From Octopus sinensis (Eukaryota): a stretch of 64,000 nucleotides of DNA. The translations under genes and the position numbers were made by a program. The notes beneath the pieces are model-generated. The model ran no database searches and was not told the origin of the DNA. It worked only from the letters and a program-made list of their open reading frames with translations. The stretch covers positions 50,902,001-50,966,000 of the forward strand of contig NC_043005.1 in the NCBI RefSeq assembly GCF_006345805.1, written 5' to 3'. Positions 53,586 through 64,000 of the stretch are shown piece by piece; position 1 is the first letter of the stretch, and every line of letters starts with the position of its first letter.

Positions 53586-54095
53586 TATATATATATATAC
53601 AATATTCATATATAATAAATATGTATATATATATATTTATTTATATACATATATATACGTAAGTTTATATAAACATGAATAGATATACATATACATACAT
53701 ACATACATACATACCTACATATATGTGTGTGCGTGTGTGTGGGCATGTATGTGTGTGTGTGCATGTATGTGTGTGTGTATGTATATATATTTGACGCTAT
53801 ACGACCTTCAAGAACATGAAATGATTCATTTTTTAGGAATGGTGAATCTCGAAGGAATTAAAGCTATAAATAAAAGCTTGTAAATAATAGCTTAAAAAAT
53901 CCGTTCTAGAATGGACAGAGAAATTCGATAGAAGGCTACGGTTCAAGAGTAGAACGTTTGTCACGTATACAGGAGACGTGGCTTCGCATCCCAACACCAA
54001 TCTTCGACCCTTTCTATCCAAAGGTAATTTTAACCCAAGATTTGCACCGTATTATTTCTCGCTTTGCTTGCATTGAAATCCACCACACTTCAAAT

Positions 54096-54127
<32 letters not shown>

Positions 54128-54276
54128 TGTATGTATGTATGTATGTATGTATGTATTATGTATGTATGTATGTATGTATGTATGTATGTATGTATGTATG
54201 TATGCATGCGTGTATGTATGTATGTATGTATATATGTATGTATGTTTATTCTCTCTCGCTTCGCATACACATACAA

Positions 54277-54307
<31 letters not shown>

Positions 54308-54477
54308 GGTGGGTGTGTGTACGTGCGCGCAAAATTGCAAATTGTCGGTAAATATAGATGTATTTATATATAATGCGTTTACGGATTATTATTATCCAAT
54401 ATGTACACATGCAGACATACATATATATATATAAATGTATCAATGTATATATGTATGTAAGCATATTTGTACGGACG

Positions 54478-54511
<34 letters not shown>

Positions 54512-54560
54512 CATACATATACATACATACATACATACATACACACATGCATACACACAC

Positions 54561-54595
<35 letters not shown>

Positions 54596-54600
54596 TATAT

Positions 54601-54636
<36 letters not shown>

Positions 54637-54646
54637 CAAAGATATT

Positions 54647-54682
<36 letters not shown>

Positions 54683-54880
54683 CAAGCAGGCAGACTGTCA
54701 GACAGACAAAGAGACAAACAGACAGACAGACAGACAGATAGATAGCTAGCTAGATAGATAGATAGATAGATAGATAGACAAGCAGGCAGACAGACAGACA
54801 GACAAACAGGCAGACAAACAGACAGAGAGACAGGGAGACAGACAGACGGGCAGACAGACAGATAGATAGATAGATAGATG

Positions 54881-54950
<70 letters not shown>

Positions 54951-55309
54951 AGATAGATAGATAAATATTAATACATACCGTCGCCTCTCTTGCGCATTCT
55001 CACGTTCTGTTTCTCCCAACAATATATTCTCTCACTTTCATATTCTTTCTGACCTGTCTCTATATCTTCCTTTAGTCTTCCTTTCGTTACTCCTTTCTTT
55101 TCAAACTTTCCCTTTTGCATCTAACCTTTTCCCATTTGCTTTCTCTTTTGTTCTCCACTTTACGTGAGTAAACACGTTACATAAGTGCAAACGAACAATG
55201 TGCAAAAACCCAAACACCGACGCAAACATTCGCAAATCTCCAAACTGAAAGGGAAATCAAAATAGAAGAACTCACTCATGTGCATACACACATGTGACCC
55301 AACGCATCT

Positions 55310-56038
<729 letters not shown>

Positions 56039-56344
56039 AACTAATTCAGGAAAAAGGATTCAAAGAAAAGAATGTTAGTTTAAGCAATTTGGACAAAGTC
56101 TCAGAGAACTGATATGTCACCAGAATGAAAGAATGTCGAAATTGGCGAGGAAAAACAACTAATCAAATAAGCAATTGCATAAGAAGAAATTCTAAATCTG
56201 TCTGAAAGAAAAAGGAAAATATAGAAAAAAAAAAATTTATCCCAGACAGACTTTCTGGAAAAAAGTATGGTAAGTTTCATATTTTTTCGGTTTTTTTTTC
56301 TTCTTGTAATGGTAAGAAAAGGCTCATCAATATATTACAAGAGT

Positions 56345-56955
56345 AAGACGATGTGCTGGTAGAGTGGTTAGCACGCTGGACGAAATGCTTAGCGTATTTC
56401 GTTTGCCGCCACGTTCTGAGTTCAAATTCCACCGAGGTCGACTTTACCTCTCATCCTTTCGGCGTCGATTAAAGAAGTACCAGTTACACGCTGGGGTCGA
56501 TATAATCGACTTATTCCGTTTGTCTGTCCTTGTTTGTCCTTTCTGTGTGTAGCCCCTTGTGGGTAGTAAAGAAATAGGTATTTCGTCTGCCGCAACGTTC
56601 TGAGTTCAAATTCCACCGAGGTCGACTTTGCCTTTCATCCTTACGGGGTCGATAAATTAAGGACCAGTTACGCAATGGGGTCGATGTAATCGACTTAATC
56701 CCTTTGTCTGTCCTTGTTTGTCCCCTCTATGTTCAGTCCCTTGTGGGCAATAAAGAAATAAGGAACGTTAGCACGCCGAGCGAAATGCTTAGCGGTATTT
56801 CCACTCTTTACTTTCTGAGTTCAAATTCCGCCGAGGTCGACTTTGCCTTTTATCCCTTTCGGGGTCGATAAATAAAGTACCAGTTACGCACTGGGGTCGA
56901 TGTAATCGACTTAATCCCTTTGTCTGGTCTTGTTTGTCCCCTCTATGTTTAGCCC
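56345..56955 (+). mobile_element. Multimeric family A SINE (three core units)
   Basis: gtatttc...ctgagttcaaattcc at ~56395, 56578, 56796. Confidence 0.9.
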
Positions 56956-57259
56956 CCCCCAACACACACACACACATATATATATACACATACACGCACA
57001 TACAAAAAGTGTATGTGTGTGTACGTGTGAATATATATATATATGCGTGTATATATTTTCAGCTTGTTTCACACAATGGTTACGTCGGTCATCGCCTGAG
57101 GTTTATTAAATCGAGCAATTCGATATTTGATTTTCAACGTGTGGTACATATTCTATCGGCCACTTTTGCCGAACCGCTAGTTCACGATAAAGTAAACAAA
57201 TCAAAGCCTATTGTCTAGCGGTGGTAGGGGACAAACACGAACTCAAAGACACACACATC

Positions 57260-57310
<51 letters not shown>

Positions 57311-57999
57311 TATATATACTCAGACTACCAAGAAAAAGAAGTATACACACTCACACACAAACACACACACATACGCATACGCAATTACAATAGCTTCATT
57401 AGAAAATGAGATTATGAAAATTTCGATGCGTCACACTAAAAAATTTAGGAACATTGTTAGGCCAAACCAATATATAAAAGGATTAACAAAGTAATCTGAC
57501 AAAAAAAAAACAGAAAACTTAAAAAACCGATCCAACTTGAACATAGTCGTATTTTTAAAATAAGATAAAATGTTTGAAAAAATTAAGTTATTCCCTATTC
57601 AAGCAGACACTTTCACTTCCAATCATATACATTCACACATTCACACATACTCACATACACACGCGTGCGCGCACACATTTAATTACGATGCTCTGTTGAT
57701 AACATGATGTCTCGCTCACTATCTCACGCATACGAAACTCTAAACTGAATTTATTGGATTGCAAGACACATTTGTTCGTTTATTATTATTTTTTTTTCGA
57801 TTTTCTACTGAGCACTCTATTGTCAAATGACTAAGAAGTTTAATTTATTCAAATTTCAAAGACGATAAACAAAAATTGTGGAGAAAGATGAGAAAACTCC
57901 AATAAACACTACGATAAAAGTCTTTTTCTTGTTAATTCAAATAGCATGGGAAAGGATTACAATAAATTTAAAGAAAAGAACGAATTTATCTGATAACTA

Positions 58000-58561
58000 T
58001 TGGGTTATCCGGAAAGTTCGTGCCGATTTATAGTAGCTTACCTTTCGACTTATTTTAGAACATGGTGAGTCCATAAAATAGGATTTGACTACACCATTTA
58101 GAGCACAGTTTCGGCTATCTTTTCGTGGAAGAAGGTTTATGTTCCTATCACCTGTGTTAATTCTATAACCCTTTAAAATGGAAGATAAGAAAGTTCATTT
58201 TCGGCACTTGATACTTTGGAAACCAGACAAAAATTGCTGCAGCTCGGCTGGGATGTGTTACCCCACCCTCCATATTCACCTGATATTGCTCCTTCGGTCT
58301 CCCACTTATTCAGTTCTCTGCAGAACAGTCTTGATGGTAAATATTTCAATTACTTGGATGACGTAAACAGATACCTTGATGAATTCTTTGCCATGAAACC
58401 ACCTCAATTCTGGGATGAGGGTATTTTCAAGTTAAAGGAAAGATGGAGACGCATTGTGCAACAAAATGGCTCATATTTGGTTGATTAAAAATGTAATGTC
58501 AAGTATTTATTGACCTTTTTCTTTCCTTTAAAAATCGGCACGAACTTTCCGGACAGCCCAA
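58000..58561 (+). mobile_element. Internally deleted mariner (mellifera-like), 562 bp
   Basis: TIRs ttgggttatccggaaagttcgtgccgattt / inverse, TA flanks; MEDKKVHFRH joined to LGWDVLPHPPYSPDIAPS...NGSY. Confidence 0.95.
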
Positions 58562-58569
58562 TAATATTT

Positions 58570-58770
58570 TTTCTACAAGAGGCAAAAGGTCTGAAATTTT
58601 GGTATAAGGAGCTACTTGATACCATCGATCTCAGTACCCAAGAGGTATTTATTTTATCGACTCGGAATCGATAAAAGGAAAATTCGACTTCGGAGGTATT
58701 TGAACTAAAAGCGTGAAATCCAGATAAGCATTTTTATCGATGTGCTAATAACTCTTCCAGTTCGCTATCT
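58570..58770 (-). mobile_element. Old family A SINE
   Basis: ttttatcgac..aaattcgacttcgg..atttgaact. Confidence 0.6.
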
Positions 58771-58789
58771 TATTTGACAGCCTAATACA

Positions 58790-59659
<870 letters not shown>

Positions 59660-59662
<3 letters not shown>

Positions 59663-60521
59663 TAGTTTTATTTTTATAGCGTGCTTTCACTTCACTACCG
59701 AGCACAGCTCTGTGTGCCTTGGGTATGTGCTGTGATTTGTTGTGATGCTCTGATGGTTATTGTATGGAAAGTGTTCTGCGTAGGATGTGTGCAGTGCCTA
59801 GTAGTGCAATTTTCTGTATGTTATATGTGTTTGTAAGTCCTGGTGTTTTTGTTATGTATTTGTCTGAATATTTTTTATCATGCCTAATGCACCTACTATG
59901 ATAGGAATTGTTTCTGTTTTCAGATTCCACATTCTAGTTACCTCTATTTCCAGGTCTTTGTATTTTGAGAGTTTCTCCATTTCTTTTAGAGACACGTTGT
60001 CATCAGCCGGTATTGATACATCAATTAGAAAGCATTTTTTTTCTTCATGATCTCTGACAACTATATCTGGTCTGTTGGCCTTAATTTCTCTATCTGTGTG
60101 TATCGGCATATCCCAGAGTATGGTTGCTTTCTCGTTTTCTGTGACCTTTTCTGGTGTGTGCCTATACCATCTTCTTTCTGTTGTTATTCCATAATGTTGG
60201 CATAGCTTCCAATGTATGTAGGTTCCAACTCTGTCATGTCTGTGAATATATTCCTTCTTAGCCAGGACTGGGCAGCTAGAGATAATATGATTTATTGTTT
60301 CTTGTCCATCTCCACATATTCTGCAGTTACTTGTAATATTTCTTTTCATTACATGTTTTTGGTAATTTCTGGTGGGGAGGCTTTGGTCTTGTGCTGCAAT
60401 TAAAAATCCCTCTGTTTCTGCTTTGAGTCCTGAGCTTCTCAACCATTGCTGGGATTTTTCTTTGTCTATTTCTTTTACGTTTAGTTTAGTCCAGTATTTA
60501 CCATGAAGGGGCTTTTCTTGC
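59660..60521 (-). mobile_element. 5'-truncated R4/Dong-like LINE (CCHC plus restriction-like endonuclease)
   Basis: AAQDQ, CRICG..ETINHIISSC, RHD, PDIVV..D, IDV, EKLSKY; (TAA)n on both sides. Confidence 0.93.
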
Positions 60522-60592
<71 letters not shown>

Positions 60593-60748
60593 TAGCATGC
60601 ATGAACTATTTCGAAACCCGTCGTATATGATGTTCTGGCAATTAAAAGGTCCACTCGGGTTTGTCCCTTACTATCTTATGCTGATTCTGGCTGAGATTTA
60701 TCTGTAAAGGATATCCATACTTGTGGTATACTGAACCACGTACACAAA

Positions 60749-61405
60749 CAGGGGTTGGACAAAATAATGGAAACGCCGTAAAATTTCAAACAAATTTATT
60801 TCAATATGGTTTATTGAATTCTACGAGCTATAGACTAGTACAAATTTGAATTGTTTCCAAATGAAGTTTTGTCCATTCTTTAGCTAAAACAATTTCCAGT
60901 TCTCGTAGTGATGATGGTGGAGAATATCGATTCTTTACTTGTTTTTCTAACATGCACCATAAATGTTCAATAATATTGAGATCTGGTAATTGACGTGGTC
61001 AGGTAAGATGTTCAGCTTCCCTAGAATGTTCCTCGTGCACTTCAGTAACAAATTTAGCTGTGTGAATTGGTGCACTATCATCCTGAAAGATTACGTTTAC
61101 CTCTAGAAACAGTTCCGCAACCATAAGATGAATTTGATCACATAAGATGCTTAAATAGTCTTGACTGTTAATTCTGCAATGAACGGAAACTATCAGGCCG
61201 GCAGATTTCCAAGATATAGACCTCCAGATCATTACAGATCTTCCTCCTTGTTTAACAGTTGGAAGAAGGCAGTCTGGATCAAATTCTTCTTTTGGCTGTC
61301 TCCACACGTATACTAGGCCGGTGGTCGGAAGTAAGGTAAAGGATGACTCGTCCGAGAAAATAACATTCTTCCGCTGCTTCAGTGACCAATTCTCTAGATT
61401 TTTAC
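60749..61405 (-). mobile_element. Tc1-like transposon 3' fragment
   Basis: TIR caggggttggacaaaataatggaaac; IFSDES, PTVKQGGRSVMIW, FQDDSAPIH, PDLNIIEHLW. Confidence 0.92.
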
Positions 61406-61406
61406 A

Positions 61407-61550
61407 TTTGAAGACGACATAGTACTATTCGGCCCATCAGAAGATGATCTCCAGAATGCATTGAATAGGTTCACTGCCGAGTGCTCCAAGGCAGGGATGG
61501 GAATTAGTGTCAGGAAGAGTGAGACATTGGTTCTCTCAAGAAAGTCATCC
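61407..61550 (+). pseudogene. Small RTE-like reverse transcriptase fragment
   Basis: FEDDIVLFGPSEDDLQNALNRFTAECSKAGMGISVRKSETLVLSRK. Confidence 0.75.
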
Positions 61551-62267
61551 TAGTGTACACTGTATTAATATATGTATGTGTAAATTTGTGTGTGGAAAGA
61601 ACAACTTTTCTTTCAAACATATTACCTTTGAAACACCTTTGAGTTCGCAGCGCATACATTTTATTAATATTTTAAAAAAGTTTCTTGCTTAGTCCTTCAT
61701 GTCCAGTTTGGAACAATAGCGATTCAAGCTATATTATCGCCCATAGGTCTTCGCAGTTTCAACTCCTGAATGAAGTATATAATAGAGGAGTTAAATTTAT
61801 CGTAAGCAGTTGAAATATTTTTTATCATGTTGCTTAATGCTTAAGATGCTTTAAATTTCGTGTTTATATAATATATTCTCATCTACAATGTGTGCGTATT
61901 TAAGCATTTTATGACTAGAATGCTTTTCGTTCGTTTAGTACAATCATGGGCAACTTGCGGCGCGCAGGAGATTCTGAATGGTACACCTAAAGAAAAATTA
62001 CGTTGAATCTTTTAGTAATGCGGTTCGCCAGATGATGAGCCTTGTCTCATGCAGTGCGATTTTCCACACAAACACACACTCATATGTGTGTGTGTGTGAA
62101 TATGAGTGTGTATGTGCATGTATATATTTATGTATGTATACAGACACACACATATATATATAACCATATATGTTTATCCATACCTATATACATATATATT
62201 TATATAACATTTGCTTGAATTCTTTTATATTATATATATGATATATATGCGTGTATATGTATATATA

Positions 62268-63124
62268 CAGGGTGTGATGGGTAAATTGTCGCCATTTTAT
62301 ATTTTTTATTTCACGTATGCGCATTGTTTTTAATTTTGTCGACTACACAGTATGGTAAGGTCGATTGGGCACCGTCTATGAGAAAAACAGCATAATGACG
62401 CTATTCACTCTGCCAGAAATTTGGAAACGACATGCTGTACTGCTTGGCATTCGCATCGTAAGCTCTAATACGAACATTTCAGAGTGTTTGGGTGTTAATC
62501 TGAGGACAGTGCAATCGGAGGATATGTACTGAGAGTGATAAAATTCAGTCAACATCAGAGTGTTTGGGGTGATCACTAGTGATGGCGACGTTATGCCTCC
62601 ATTCATCTTCCCAAACGGTCTCACATTCAACACAAAGGCCTACATCAAGTGCCCGGAGGATGTAGTGTGGCTCTGGGTCAAGAGGGTGGTTGCTGGAAGA
62701 CCCTATGTCTGGCAGCAGGACTCTGCAACATGCTACAGAAGCAGAAGAATCCAGTAATGGCGAACACATCACCCCTAACATCTGGCCACCTAACTCCCCA
62801 GATGCAACCTCACTTGACTATTACGTGGGGGGGGGGGCAGTTGAGCGAGAGACCAACAAAACTCCTTGTAGTATCAAAGATGAACTGAAGGCAAGGAGTA
62901 TGGCAGCATTCACCAACAAGGAGACCATCCAGAAGAGTTGCATGGGATTCTGAAGTTGTCTAGAGGCTGTGGTTGAAGCCAATGGCGATTTTATTGAATA
63001 AATTTACTCTTTAGTATTTCGAGATATTTCTATGTAATTTTGGTAAATACATCTTTTAACATGTGACGTCAGTGTTACTTTCGTTTTTGCGAAATTTAGA
63101 CGACAGTTTATTCACCACACCCTA
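62268..63124 (+). mobile_element. Internally deleted maT/DD37D-like Tc1-mariner element
   Basis: TIRs cagggtgtg.. / ..cacaccct, TA flanks; YVWQQDSA, WPPNSPD..LDYYV. Confidence 0.88.
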
Positions 63125-63128
63125 TATA

Positions 63129-63166
<38 letters not shown>

Positions 63167-63176
63167 CATACATACA

Positions 63177-63212
<36 letters not shown>

Positions 63213-63645
63213 CATATATACATATACATACACATACGTACATAGATGCAACAAACATACATACATACATGCATGCAAACATGTGTGTGTGTAGGAATGT
63301 ATATTTAAGTATGTACATATAAACGTACACACATGTAGAAGATTTGTTTGTAATTGTTTATTATGGAAACATTAATGGATTTAAAAACAGTATTGCTCCC
63401 AACTGAACATAAAAGAAATGTGAAGAAAAAAAAAACATTAATAAAGAAGCTTAAACGCGAATAGAGACAAATCTTCAATGCAATTTTGAAACAAAAGCTA
63501 TTCCCTTCATACATAAATATAAACGTATGTTTACTCACTCATACATACATTAAAGCGAATATATATTTTTAAGTAAATGGATCTCTGCTTTCATAATGAG
63601 TTTTCTCCTTCTTCGATCAACTGAACTACGTATACACTGCGTATA

Positions 63646-64000
63646 CAGGAGTTAGACAAAATGATGGAAACACCTGGCATCGCAGCATCATAATTTTGAA
63701 ATATCTATAAAACCGACAAGAGCTTCTGTATGTTTATGTTTTTTTTTATTTATTTGTTGCTTGATATGTTTTGCTAAAATTGCTGTTTCTTTTCAGATTA
63801 TCATCAGAAAAAGGTAATTAAAATTCATTAAAATGACAGATCAATCGGACTTTCAAAGAGGTTGAATTGTTGGTGCTCGTATGGCAGGCACTAGCGTAAC
63901 GAAAGCAGCCGAAATGTTTGGTGTATCAAGAAGTACTGTCTCGAAAGTAATGACAGCCTTTGAGAAAGAGGGGAAAACCTCCTCGTCGAAACAAAACTAC
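63646..64000 (+). mobile_element. Tc1-like transposon 5' part (runs off window)
   Basis: TA-caggagttagacaaaatgatggaaac TIR like 60749; from 63833 MTDQSDFQRG*IVGARMAG..FGVSRSTVSKV. Confidence 0.9.

Noticed and set aside
53836-54023. Exon bounded by tttttag and aag|gtaatt
   Set aside because: All three frames from the good acceptor hit stops; no recognisable protein
60522-60598. Poly-Asn N-terminus of the 248-aa ORF
   Set aside because: It is the (TAA)n target tract read in frame with the truncated LINE
60749-64000. A single Tc1 element spanning both TIR-bearing pieces
   Set aside because: The TIRs are in the same orientation and the transposase pieces are on opposite strands, so these are two copies

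Overview
AT-rich, repeat-saturated eukaryotic DNA with no host gene I can support. The SINE families and microsatellite load look like an Octopus genome (inference). It contains dense micro/minisatellites, one 100-N gap, three to four tRNA-derived SINE families, non-autonomous Helitrons, decayed mariner/Tc1/maT transposons, and fragments of L1/Tx1, RTE, R4/Dong-like and Penelope retroelements. The main result is a set of at least seven type I hammerhead-ribozyme motifs (CUGANGA...GAAAC-NNNN-GUH) in five or more unrelated short elements. Most have a palindromic stem-III loop (AAUU, AUAU, GAUC, AGCU, GUAC), and several sit in foldbacks or 360-520 bp direct repeats, as in Penelope pLTRs and non-LTR retrozymes. 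Also notable: a ~51-copy 34-bp satellite derived from a SINE segment, and microsatellite-targeted or nested insertions. All calls come from reading by eye; no searches or folding were run.
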